A stretch of DNA of 64,000 nt. It comes from Chiloscyllium plagiosum. Lineage: Eukaryota. The stretch spans positions 2,140,020-2,204,019 of the forward strand of contig NC_057756.1 in NCBI RefSeq assembly GCF_004010195.1, given 5' to 3'. This document shows positions 26,403 to 37,969 of the stretch, one piece after another; the first letter of the stretch is position 1; each line of letters begins with the position of its first letter. The notes beneath the pieces are model-generated. The model saw nothing but the letters and a program-made list of their open reading frames with translations, had not been told where the DNA came from and searched no databases. The position numbers and the translations under genes were made by a program.

Positions 26403-27171
26403 TGTGGAAGAATTGAGTCCAATTGATCAGAGACCACAAACAAGGAGTGTTGTGAAATTGACAAGTGGTATATTAAACAAAGTGTTATGATGGAAAATAA
26501 AGTAACCACGCTGAAACAGAACTGATTTTCTGCACAGATGGCCAGATGCTCTGTTTCCACAACAAAATGTGCAGGCATATTTACAGTGGTACAACGCAGA
26601 GGTGATCATTGTAAAGCAGTAACAGTACAGTGGTGAAAATTGTAAAGAGATTAAAAGAAGAATAAACTGAGTGAAAGTTAACCAAACATCCAGCAGTAGC
26701 AAGTCAAATGTAATTGAGACTGTAGATTCCAGCCATCTCCGTAAGCGGATGAGAATGTTTTCTAGAGGACCCTTCATCATATTTCACTTCTGCGTGAATA
26801 TGTGGAAACACCCCTCCTCCTCGCATTTGGGTGCGTCCATTATGTACTTCCAACGATCGAGGACTTCTGTGGTCTCTCAGTCTGCTTTTTTCCTGTTTTT
26901 GCGCGATTGGTTTCAGTGGGATAGGAAACTGATGCAGGGTATTGAGACTACAGTGCTAATATGGGCTGGTAAATTATTGTCAATCTGGCCTAAGAATGGT
27001 TAGGCCATATCTGTTTTTTTTAATGCCAGCCTGTTTAGTCAAGACTGCGGCACTCTAGGTTGTTTTTATATGTGTTGTTAGGCTTGATTTCTGTGTTTTA
27101 CACACCAACTTCTGTGTTTTTTTATGTTGCCATACTGTGGGTGACCAGGATGGCAGGTTTTTTTTCCAGCA
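26403..27171 (-). repeat. ERV 3' LTR
   Basis: Direct repeat of 32727-33423 (28 mismatches in the first 125 aligned bases by hand count); ends tgtggaag and ttccagca; carries about 0.1 kb near 26530-26640 absent from the other LTR. Confidence 0.9.
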
Positions 27172-27185
27172 GTTTTCTCTTTTTT
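27172..27185 (-). promoter_or_regulatory. ERV polypurine tract
   Basis: Minus strand AAAAAAGAGAAAAC immediately precedes the TG of the 3' LTR. Confidence 0.7.
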
Positions 27186-27209
27186 GGTTATAGCAGGGTT
27201 GGAAATAGA

Positions 27210-28350
27210 TCAATATGTACAGATCCGGGGCATTGTCAGGTGATGGGGCTCTGTGCTGGAGAGGTTGTCGCCGCTGTTAGTATCTGACAGAGCGGAGGCT
27301 GTGTCAGGCGTGGGTATGTCACTCCAGTGGACTTGTACTAGCTCGGTGGTGAGTGAGATGAGGTTAAAAATGTTGTACATAATCGGGAGCAGCACATGTA
27401 GAGGCCATGACCAGGCCCAAAGTACCCACAAGAATGGTAATAAGGGATATAAGACCCTGCAGCAGTGCTGTGGTCCATGAGCCTATCCAGGAAGTTGCAC
27501 AGCTCCGTAAGTCACAGTGGGGTTCTCGTCCAAGGATGATAGAAGCAGACTGGCGAATGTGGTGCATCAGGTCAGTTATATTTTCGCTGGAGTCAGGACT
27601 GTAAGACCACAAGCTGGCGCCATTAAGGGCGTAAGTACCCCTTTCTCGGCCAGCAAGTAATCCATGGCCATTTGATTTTGTAGGGCGACATTGCAAATGG
27701 CCACAGCATCTGTATTCAGTTGGGCACTTGTTTCAACCGTGGCATTCATTATTTCCTCTAGCGGGGTGACCACCTGATGTGTCTCTATGTCCACATGCAG
27801 CTTTGTGTAAGTGGGCACAAATACGGAGACTAACTCGTTCAGAACAGTGAGGGCGCGTTTTCTACGGGTTGAAAGCGTCCAGAAGGGAGAAGACTGGGAA
27901 TGGGAAATGAGTTGTGCCGTGGATCCGATGAAACAGCTCGCAATGCACGACATCCTCAGACAGGTCTATGTCTCGTGGCAGCTGACAAAGTAAGTGCCGC
28001 TGTATGTATTCAGTTGGTGGGGTTTGGATTCCTGTTCAGATGGTAGTGAAATTGGAATTGTGTGCAAATAAATTTAGGATGCTGCGCTCTGCTGCAAACC
28101 AGTGCACTGCGGGTTCAAGAACAGTGAATTGGTGCATCTGCTCCAGCTAGTCTCCTTTTTAGACGGCTGTGTTCTTTTCAGGCAAATGGTTCCTAACGGG
28201 CTGTCACCATCGGGTATTGTCAGTGATAATCAAGGCTGTGAGTTCGTGCGAGAGGATATAGGGTGAGTAGAACCACCATATGAATTTTTCGGTATGGTAC
28301 CCTGCGGATTTCCAGCAATCTGAGCTCTTATTTACGTGATGATGCAGCAG
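27210..28350 (-). pseudogene. env: ERV envelope (SU C-terminal part and TM), frameshifted, N-terminus deleted
   Basis: ORF 27576..27953 has furin site RRKR, a heptad region and ISD ALQNQMAMDYLLAEKG; ORF 27364..27696 has decayed CX6CC (GTYALNGASLWSY), PDSSENITDL and TM helix ALLQGLISLITILVGTLGLVM. Confidence 0.92.
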
Positions 28351-28354
28351 CACT

Positions 28355-29450
28355 GTTCCTGCAGCTGCTGCCACCATGCGCAAACCTACTGGCATTCCCC
28401 TATCAACAGATGGGATAAATGTGCAAAATAAAAGGCAACCGGGTGAACGCGAGCACTCCTGACTTAGTCACATGAAGTAACAGGACTGTGGGTAATTTGG
28501 GAATCCCAGACGTGGAACGGAGATTAGTTGTAGTTGCAGTTCAGTGAATGCCTGGTTCATTTTGTGTGTCCACTTCACTTTGGCAGGCTGTTAAGGGGAA
28601 GTTGCCTTCCGCAGGCGTGCATCAATGGCACCATGATCAAGGATCCAGTAACTTCGACAGAATGGCTTCAGCTGCGTCTTTATGGCAGACGGGGTAATTT
28701 GGGCGATGGCAGCCATTCGTTCCTTTGACAGTGCTCTGAGGCCATGTGAAAGTCCGTACGCCAGTATTCGACTTTTTGCTGACAGAGCGGCATTTCTCTG
28801 TGCCAGACAGTGGAGCAAGGCCAGCGTATTCTGCATGCATGCAGCAGCAGAGGTGGAAACCAATAGCAAAGCATTTGCATTCTATTGAGGGTGCTTTGGA
28901 ATGGTCGTTGCAGGATGAGCAGGATGCGATGTACTGCAGCAGAAGAAACTGTCGGGCTCTCTGTATACCTTGGGAAAGCCGGGTCCATGTATATTGGAAG
29001 CCATCGTATGAAAAAGGAAAACGTATTAATGAAGAAGAAGGCTGAGTATATGTCACCTACCGAGAATGAGGTGGCGGAAGTGGGGATACTGTTCAGGATA
29101 GGATTTGTGTCCAGGACTACTGGGAAGCAGGCAACAACAATGGCATTTACAGCCCTGAGATATTGCACCAAACGTCATTTTCGTGGTCTTTTGGGCTCTG
29201 GAAGAGGGACGAAGTGCGTGTAGCATGGGGTCATTGTGGCACGAGGTTTTCCTGTTGAACAAGTGAGTCAATAACTGGTCAATAACCTCGACAGCTGCAG
29301 ATTATAATGGTAATTGTCGTATTTATGGTAGGATAGCTCCCTGTCTGCTTGAAACTGGATTTGGCGGGGTGAACAATAACTGGCCTGCGTGGTTAGAGTG
29401 CTGTGCCCACATTGTTCAGGCGAGATCAACTAATAAGAAGGGGCTCTCAT
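28355..29450 (-). pseudogene. pol: ERV reverse transcriptase and tether, frameshifted; RNase H and integrase missing
   Basis: RLVQYLRAVNAIV, PVVLDTNPILNSIP, FSVGDIYSAFF; YTWTRLSQG/YTESPT; YxDD position decayed to ANA before LLLVST; LSKERMAAI; WTHKMNQAF; GMPVGLRMVAAAA. Confidence 0.92.
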
Positions 29451-29574
29451 AGGAGGGGTTATGTTTAGTTATAGAAGATTGGAGTAAGGCAGGAATGCAG
29501 TGCATGCAGAACTCCTCCCATCCAGTCCGTGCAATCTATATTGAGGGGTATATGTCTAGCTCAAGGGGGGTGAA

Positions 29575-29870
29575 ATGTCATGGTGGCAGCACGAATCGCA
29601 CTATCATGGTTGCTAGACCTCTGGGGAGCCACGGGTTCTTAATAATAAGGGAAATGTGTGGGACCACCATTGGATCTTTGTAAGCCAGCACAGACTTCTC
29701 TGTGTTGAGTTGGACTTCTGTTGCAACACACTGCGGTCCAACAAATTTTGCGCCAGTGATCATTAGTGGGGAGGTAAGTTCGAGATCTGAGCCTGTGAGG
29801 GCAGCATATGTTACTGCTCGTTCCTACGGGCCAGAAGCTGCACAGTAAAGTTGACAAAAAAGTGACCAGT
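29575..29870 (-). pseudogene. 2H-phosphoesterase-like domain between ERV protease and RT
   Basis: ORF 29578..29763 FVGPQCVATEVQL..VPHISLIIKNPWLPRGLATM has an HxS motif at 29647-29661; position matches the 2H domain of piscine epsilon-type retroviral polyproteins; first HxT motif not recognisable. Confidence 0.6.
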
Positions 29871-29999
29871 CAGTATCACCAGCTGGAAAAAGGACAACGT
29901 TGTGTATTAAGGGAAGTTTGATAGCATGGAGAGGAGAGGTTCAAGAAGTGCACGGGTAGGTTCTGGCGTGCAGAACCGGGTGTAGCAAGTGATGCCTGG

Positions 30000-30370
30000 T
30001 CAGGGGACTCTGGGCTGTGGGGGATGGCTACCCACAGCACAGAAGTGTTTGCTTCCAGGATATCAAGTGTGAGTCATTGGGTGAAGCAGTGAACACTGGC
30101 ATTTAACTTGCACAGCGTCTAGCGACCCAGGAGGGCTAGTTGGCTGGAGGCAGAGATGTTCACAGCGCCTGCGACTGTGGCAGATCCCGCGCTGAAATTC
30201 ATGGGATGGGGAAGGTGATTCACCTTCTGAATTCCTGAAGCCTCCATGGTTCGGACTGTTTTGGAGTTCAAGGATAGTTCCATTGAGGAAGCTGCACACG
30301 AATGGGCAGCCTCAGGCTTCACCAGGAAAGAAATGAACTGCCCCCCCAACCTCGACATCCACCATAGGAT
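30000..30370 (-). pseudogene. pro: ERV aspartic protease, active site decayed
   Basis: PMVDVEVGGQFISFLVKPEAAHS (one frameshift; cf. FLVDTGA.HS) and SKTVRTMEASG flap region. Confidence 0.8.
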
Positions 30371-30581
30371 TTTCGGACGGAGAATCTGGGGTGGGGAGGT
30401 GGGGGTGCGGATTGAAACCGTCTGCGGAGCATCCCTCCTGCAGCAGCACGAATTCGGTTCTTGGTTATGGGAAAAGGGGCTTGTCGTTGTATGTGCAGCC
30501 TGACGAAGCTGCCACTTGGGGCTGTGCACTGTCTCGTAGGTCGGGAGGGTTTTAGAGTTTTGAGAGCGTCTGGGCGACCTG

Positions 30582-32015
30582 TCAAGCTCCTGACCTACAC
30601 TCCTTAGCCCAATGTCCCACTCTTACACAGTTCCAGCATTGCGCCCTCTGGACCATTGTGGTGGCCTGGTGTTGTGTGACTGGTGGCATGGTTTGGTAAT
30701 CGGAGGCAACATCGCTTTCTGGCTGAGAGTGGGAGACAGATGATTCCTGTCTGGGTTGTTCAATATCGTTAATGGTGTTCCCTCCATCCATTCCATTGTT
30801 TCCAAGGAAATGTTGGGAAAATTATGTATTTGGTCATAAGCAAGCAAAATGCAGTTTACCGGGGCTTTTACTGTATGTTATTGATTTTCGAACAACGGAA
30901 TGCATGCTGAACAATTCAAGACGTCATTAAAACGAGCTATAAAATTTGGTAAGGATTTGTGTTGTTTCTCAGACATCGAGTTATAGCACCAAAATTGGCA
31001 TGCTGCCTGGCACTGGCTTTTACGTCCTCTTTTCCAGTATTGTTCACCCAGTGCTCTCAGTCCTGACTGCGTCCTAGGATGAGGGAGGGAATTCTATGGC
31101 GGAACGAACAATTTCCCAGTGGGATCCGTTTGCTAGTTGCAGCAGGTTGTGTCAATCTTGGGGCGGGCAATTATGGATGACTGAAATTTACACTGTCTAA
31201 TTATGGAATGGCATTGGCCTTTTTAGGAGGTCTGGGTCGTCCAGCAGAATTGTTTGGACCTATGCAGGCCTCCAAAGATTTTCCATGAATGTGGAACAGA
31301 TCATGATGTGTGTGATTTGATGGTCTGTGCCCTGTTGGTTTTGGGCAGCAGCGTCAGCTACATTGCCGGTAATTATGATTTTTTTGTGCTGTCTAGCCGC
31401 GGTTTAGAATTGGGCCACGCTGTGGACCTTGTGTCCTGCTGCGACCCCTCCTGGGGCTGGTGGTACCCAAATCTGCAACATGCTGTAGCACAGTGTCTTA
31501 TTTTGGAGGGGCAAGTGGTGGTTTGGAGTACTGTGGGGCAGAGGGCGATGGAGACGCGACTAGGGTTTGTGGGGGCGGGGGGGTCCGTTCTAAGGGGCTC
31601 TAGCGACAAACCTTCCCATTAGGGGGCTGATGCCACTCTGCAACTTCCCTGAATTTTCCGAGAAACTGCAGCATGTAGGCACGGTCCCAGGAGAGGTTCA
31701 TATTCCCTCACGCACTGGCCATGGTCCAGTAGTCATATTTTTTTCAAAATTGATGGACCCCCATATGACCATTTGCCTTTGGACTGGTTGTGCAGGTCCC
31801 CAGTGACGGGGATACCATTTCAGCTGTCCCCTGTTTCTTTGAGCAATGTGTCTGCCGGGGACTGAGGTGTTTGTAAGGAGATCTCCAACATCTGTCTTGA
31901 AGATAACGTATTTACCGTGCCTTTTAAACATCTTCTTTCTCCATCGTTGGCAGCTGTGATCCGTTGTTCTCACGCAGCTGGGGCATCGATGTGCCCAAGG
32001 ATGGCAGTCCCCCAC
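30582..32015 (-). pseudogene. gag: ERV gag, fragmented
   Basis: CWNCVRVGHWAKEC zinc knuckle (CX2CX4HX4C) in ORF 30582..30791; MHR-like KQHKSLPNFIARF near 30930-30970; Pro-rich segment near 31550-31610; start position uncertain. Confidence 0.8.
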
Positions 32016-32726
32016 AGAGGGTGAATTACTGTGCTCGCATGTTGTAAAGTGGCTTTTGAGTTGAGCTTACAGGTATTTATCGTGACTTTCGTGGAATGCA
32101 GTGAATGCATCTGCCTCCAGACAGCCCAGCTCTCAGTCATCTTTCTATAAGTAAACAATAAAAACCAGGACAAGTTAATTACTGACTGCAACGTAAACAA
32201 CCTCTTGGCTGCTGGGTTAAGATAGTCTACAAGTCCAGGCAGAGGAATGCTCCTAAAACCATTCACGCACTCAACGATAAAGCACAGGAAACATTATCAA
32301 ACCACAAAACAAGCGCTTGAAAACCACAAGCATGCAAACCAGGAGACAAGCAAAAATACCTGTACCTATTGCCCTTTGTCAATTTCCCCATTCTTTCAAT
32401 TGATAACCAAGAACTTTATTCTGATCTCTCCCTTTGTCTCTCTGGGAACACCTGATGCTCAGTCATATGACAGGTCTGCTTAAATGGGTCCAATTTGGGT
32501 ATAATTTGTGAGCACATCGGCATGCTGCTCGAGCAAGCAAATCAGCTCAGTGCTCACATGATGCTGCAGTAGATTGAAATTGTGGCTACTTTCCCTAGAC
32601 TTTCAAGCTTTTGTACGTATGAAAAGTTGAGGCAAAGCTAGCCACTAGGTCCAAATTGTGCGAAATTTAAAATGTTACGTTTGCTTACCCTGTTGAGAGA
32701 AAAGGGGCTAACGATTAAAGCCAAAC

Positions 32727-33423
32727 TGTTGGAGTATTCAGGCCAATTGTTGAGAGACCACAAACGAGGGTTGTTGTGAAATTGACAAGTGGCTTATTGA
32801 ACAAAACAACACCGTGGAAGTGAAATTAACAATGCTGACACAGAACTGATTCTTTGAAGTGATGATTAAATGCTGTCGGAGTGCAAGTTAATCAAACACT
32901 TGACAGCAGCAATTCAAAAGGAATTTGCACAGGAAATTTCAGTAATCTCCGTGACTGTGTGAGAATGTCTTCTAGTGGATTCTTCATTGTATTTCCCTTC
33001 CACGCGTATATGTATAACTGTTCCTCCTCCTGGCATTCAGGTATGTCCATGGTGTTCTGCCTGTGATTGAACCTTTCGGTCATTGATTGAAGTCTTTGGA
33101 TTTCTCGGTCTGCCTCTTTGCTTATGTGATATCAGTTTCAATGTGAAAGGGCCCCAAAGTAGTTTGTTGGGAGTGCAGTGGTAATCTGGGCTGAGGACTA
33201 ATTGCGAAATCTGTTTTAACAATTGTAGTTTTTTTCTGGTCTGGGTGTGGCTTAGCCATACGTTTGATTTGTGTTACCTTATTTGGCCAAGAGTGGACCA
33301 TTCTTGGTAGTTTCTGTATGTGTTGGTCGGATTGATTTCTGAGTTTTACCTGCTAGCTTCTGTGTTTTTTTTTTAACGTGGCTATGCTTTGGATGAGCAG
33401 GGTGGCAGATCTTTTTTCCCACA
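32727..33423 (-). repeat. ERV 5' LTR
   Basis: Direct repeat of 26403-27171; ends tgttggag and ttcccaca; followed on the minus strand by GTT-TGGC, a degenerate PBS whose tRNA I cannot assign. Confidence 0.9.
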
Positions 33424-34694
33424 TATAGACATTCACAGGAATTTTAGAGAGCTGCTGGCAGTAAGTTTTGTCTGTGTTGATCCATTGGCTTTTGTCCCAC
33501 CAGATATGTCTGTATCCAATTCAGACCAAGGAGACAGCTTATCGCCAACACGTCTTCATTTTGAAAACTCTGGATGACTTTGGTGGATGTCAGTAGCTAT
33601 CTGGCAGGAACCTCTGTTCGGAACTGTCAGTCATCCTCACCATAACAATATATCATTCTCTGCTGTGAGCTAATTCTACCCGATCCAAAATATTTTGAAG
33701 TCCGATTGTCCTCGTGTTTTGTTTTGTAACCAACAGTTTTGCCAGGTCTTGTTACATTTAAAGTCGGATACTACCAGCTGTGAGTGGAAGTGTGCGCAGA
33801 TTTCTTTTTATATTATGGGCAATTCCAGTGGCGGTACAAATGCTGGTGATTACTTGCCATTGGAAGGCGGGTCAATGCATCCACATTTACTACTTGACCT
33901 CCAAGACGTTGTTCCTACTTGTAATTAAATGGACTTTGTATGAGCGGCCTCTGTTGAATTCGGGCTATATCTGTGCGCAGAACTTATCCTCTTTATGTAG
34001 ACATCGCAGGAGCTTGAGTTCTGTTGTTATTATAAATTGACATCTATAAATGTATTGGTGAAACATTGTGATTCAAAACATTACCAACATACTCTATCTG
34101 GACGTAATTACACTCTGTATTAGCTACAATCCTGGATGAATATGCCTCTTTTGTATCCTTTCCGATGGCCATCTATGAGGTAAACCCACTCCAAATATAT
34201 TTAGGAATGCAGCACATGTCATACCAGATATTCCTTGAGATCATCCTGTGTCCAAAACCTCAGAGTATGTTTCTAAACGTCCCTGCAGCCACTGGCGTTC
34301 CAAGGCGAACATTTCCAAGTGGGCCTTGTTTAAGAGTTTATTCAAATGTATTAAGATGGAGCCCAGCTAATGCATGAAATTTCCAGTATAAATTGCCAAC
34401 CAAAGGAATGGCTTAGATCACACAGATGTGCGAGCCGGAGCATCTTTGATAACTGTCACTTTAACGTCGAATGGGTGTTACAGATTGACTCAGTAGATCA
34501 GCTTGGTGAGATGAGGCGCTTGGAACTCACAGTTTTCATTTTAATGTGTATGACCACGTCAAAGGACTATGCCCAAATTACCTATGAGGTCTTAACTGTA
34601 ATACACTACTATTCCCACGTCATGTGGATAAATTGTGACTAGGAGTGGCACTGTAAAATGTTCTGAAAAATCAACAGGCCAATGATCCTCAAAA

Positions 34695-35184
34695 CTGAAA
34701 ATATGTTGCTGGAAAAGCGCACCAGGTCAGACAGCATCCAAGGAACAGGAGAATCGACGTTTCGGGCATAAGCCCTTCTTCAGGAAACATTATTAAACCA
34801 CAAAACAAGCGCTTGAAAACCACAAGCATGCAAACCAGGAGACAAGCAAAAATACCTGTACCTATTGCCCTTCGTCAATTTCCCCAATCTTTCAATTTAT
34901 AAGCAAGAACTTAATTCTGATCTCTCCCTTTGTCTCTCTGGGAACACCTGATGCTCAGTCATGTGAGAGGTCTGCCTAAATGGGTCCAATTTGGGTATAC
35001 TTTGTGAGCACATCAGCATGCTGCTTGAGCAAGCAAATCAGCTCAGTGCTTCCTAACCTGCAATCTTCTTCCTGGCCTGAAACGTCGATTCTCCTGTTCC
35101 TTGGATGCTGCCTGACCTGCTGCGCTTTTCCAGCAACACATTTTTAGCTCTGATCTCCAGCATCTGCAGTCCTCACTTTCTCCT
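34695..35184. mobile_element. Penelope-end inverted-repeat insertion enclosing a 270-bp copy of the ERV leader; 15-bp TSD
   Basis: TSD CAATGATCCTCAAAA at 34680-34694 and 35185-35199; inverted pLTR arms at about 34695-34786 and 35070-35184; 34781-35050 matches 32285-32554 with 12 mismatches. Confidence 0.92.
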
Positions 35185-36303
35185 CAATGATCCTCAAAAG
35201 GCAGTCTCTTATATTGGTATCAATCTTTATGAATATCAAATGCAGCATCCAGCTAGGGATGCTAATCTAACTGGACCTGCTAGTACAATTAGCTCATCTT
35301 AATCTTCATGAATGGCAGTTCAACTGCCACCTTCGTGTATAAATCCTTCTTGCAAGCAATTGCAGATTTATACAAATGAAGAAAGTGATTTCCCGTTTGT
35401 TTAATATACCCACAAGTGGGAAGCAAAGCATTGGACTTCTCAGTTGGTACGACTGATGCTGCAAATTCTGCAAACTGGTCTGGGTTGTAGATTCATTCAC
35501 TTGCCAAACTTTTAATTTTACCTCTATTTTTGACAGTGTGACAAGTGTCTAGACTTACTGAATTGTGGACTTGCTTCCTGGTCAACATACACCATGATCT
35601 TGGTTCCTTTGATAGTTCCTGGATCTTCTTCAATTTCTTTCAAGTATTTTATTCGGACTTTAATCAGGCAGTTGGTTTCTTCTCAAAAAAAGACCAATTC
35701 TCGGTGAAACTTTCTCAACCAATTTCACCTCCTTCAGATTGGTCCTAGCCTTTTCCTTCAAACGAGCTGCTTCTTAAAAGAACTAAACTTCTACCCATTA
35801 ATAGTGCAAGTTTGCCAGTATAGTTTCTCAGTTCAGATAAGTTTTTGTGCAAATTTCATCGTTAGAGTACAGAGCAAAATATGTAAAAACTGGGTCGTCT
35901 ATTAGCAAATCGAACACTATTAGAAGCTCGTCACTTTTCAACCAGATTTTCATTGATTCTGATTTGAAGGTTGCTAAGGAATTTAAATGCTTGAAAACCA
36001 AATTTACGTGAACGTTCCCGGGTGCATACTGTCCTGGGCCTGGAAGTATTGTTACTCGATTCAAGGTCGCATACTGGCAGCAACTGCAATGACTAACCCT
36101 CCTGGATCCTCAAGAATATTTTAACCAATTGGCTGAGGCTTAACTTTCTTTTGGGGTTTTGATGCAGGCTGACCTAAAATCACATTGGTCAACCCATGCC
36201 TCGTGCGAGGAAATGCTCTTGCCTTCATTCCAATGGTCCATTCTAATTAATAAAATGGCCGAATGGATCTTCGGAGGGTTGGTCTGCATTTCTTGGGCCG
36301 AAT

Positions 36304-36400
36304 GTTTAGATCAGAGTGTTGCTGGAAAAGCACAGTAGGTCAGGCAGCATCCGAGGAGCAGGAAAGTCTACGTTTCAGTCAAAAGCCTTAATCAGGAATG
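36304..36400 (-). mobile_element. Penelope-end fragment nested in a CR1/HE1-type tail
   Basis: gctggaaaagcacagtaggtcaggcagcatccgaggagcaggaaagtc..aatcaggaatg splits the tail sequence gggccgaatg / gcctgtttctacac. Confidence 0.75.
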
Positions 36401-36649
36401 TAGCGATATGGCCTGTTTCTACACAATAGGTTGGTATTTCATCAAGTCACGCTTTATTTGCAGGTGGAGAGTCTTTGACAATGAAGTATCTCGCTCATAT
36501 CCAGTTCTCAGTGGGAAGAAAAAGTATGAAACCCTTGTTCTTATCTGTCAGGAAGGGCTCCCTGATCGCACCAGATTGCTGGCCCCAATCAGCCAACCTG
36601 GCTGACCACGTTAGAAACACTACATAGACGAGGAAACGGAGACAGTTTC

Positions 36650-37820
36650 AGACGGATGAGAAACGGACAGAATTTCAACAAGATGAATTACAAATGGCTT
36701 ATAGAAAGGATATGTCGTGGGTAGTACATGGGTTGCCAGTAGGATTAAGAATAACTCAGGCTAAAAGAAACAAAAAATATTTTTTGGCCTGGAATCAACA
36801 CAGATATGTTTGAATTTTGGCCCGATATATCAGACATGTCACGTAATAGTAAAAGCTCACGAGATGAAAAATTCTACATTCTGAATACCTATTATTACAT
36901 TTGAAGACCCTTTTCAAACAATCTTAATTCATTGCGCAGAATTGTTCCTGAAAAAAAAAGGTGGAAATCAATATATATTCACTACAATCAATGTGCCTAA
37001 TAGATTTCAAGAAGTCTTTCCAGCATGCAGTATCATGGTGAAAAACCCACATTTGTAGAAAACTTTCTCCCTTTTTTATATTGGATACGGGCTACCCACA
37101 GAAACTCATTTGGATCAAGCTTCAAATGTTGCAGCAAAGTTATTCAAATGGCGTATGGAAAATTAGGAACAAATTAACTGCTATGTAATGCATATCAGTC
37201 AGGATCATAAAGACCATTAGGACTGTGTTGTATAAAATTTCAAGACAAAGCTGATGTCATTGAGTGACTCAAGATTGTGAAGATTTAATTCAATTTTCAT
37301 TTCTGCGAGGCTAGATCTGTATGAAACTTGTTGAATCAAATAAATTCAGTAAATTTGAATTCGTTTTGTAACATGTGGTGGTAAAATTGAAAAGAAAATG
37401 TAAGGTGATATTGCTCCGTCAGAGTTCAGACTCAACACACTTGGAGCATGTGTCAATTTTTACATAATACAAGGAGTGAACTGGTTAGGAAACACTTAAA
37501 ATAACGCAGCATGTGATGAAAGAGAAAGCAGGCAAGAGATTAACAATAACACATAATTTAGATTTTCGAAATACAATGTTCGTGTTGGTTTCAGTGAAAG
37601 ATGAATTTTTGAGGTCGAAATGTATTGGTTCTTATCGAAATGGACTGAGATTCAGTGAGATGTATGATTGGAACAAAAACACCTAGGTAAAAGAGAATTT
37701 CACAATGTATGTTACATGCAAATGCACGCAATATACATGAAAGGGACGGACAGCTAGGTAACAATCGGATTGAAGAGCCAATTTCAAATGATTCTGAATT
37801 GGACTTCCCTCAAATTATGG
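36650..37820 (+). pseudogene. Decayed Gypsy (Gmr1-like) integrase region
   Basis: GNQYIFTTINVPNRFQEVFP (cf. YLLTIMD..TRFPEAIP) at about 36960-37020 and YGLPTETHLDQASN (cf. GLP.EIQSDQGSNF) at about 37086-37130. Confidence 0.7.
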
Positions 37821-37968
37821 AGTCATAGAGTCATAGAGATGTACAGCACGGAAACAGACCCAGAGACCTTACCCTAACCTAATCTAGTCCTACTTGTCAG
37901 CAGTTGGTTACAACACCCTACCGAGTGATATACAGATCCAGATGCTTTTTAAATGCTACAATTGTACT
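37820..37968 (-). mobile_element. CR1 3' tail fragment
   Basis: gagtcatagagtcatagagatgtacagcacggaaacagacc is the reverse complement of the CR1 tail with (CTATGACT)n. Confidence 0.75.
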
Positions 37969-37969
37969 A

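Larger units (their letters stand above)
26403..33423 (-). mobile_element. Endogenous retrovirus (class I, epsilon-like), defective provirus LTR-gag-pro-pol(deleted)-env-LTR
   Basis: Two homologous LTRs with TG..CA ends, PPT, CCHC Gag finger, retroviral protease, RT motifs, Env with furin site, ISD and TM; degenerate 5-bp TSD CACAG/TATAG. Confidence 0.93.
25150..36624 (-). mobile_element. Old Gypsy LTR retrotransposon hosting the ERV and two PLE-end insertions
   Basis: Related LTR-like ends at about 25150-25401 and 36400-36624 (ccctgat, ccccaat, acctggctgacc..gtt); PPT-like ttcccctgcct at about 25402; protease (ORF 35828..36064); RT (35200-35480 QFAEFAASVVP..DLYTKVA..YQYKRLPF); VDALTRLP (about 33870); integrase Zn finger (33430-33590); integrase core VIMDAH (about 26370). 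Confidence 0.8.

Noticed and set aside
32705..32726. Assignment of the ERV primer-binding site to a specific tRNA (weak resemblance to tRNA-Ser)
   Set aside because: TGGCTTTAATCGTTAGCC needs a gap and several mismatches to fit, so it is too decayed to call.
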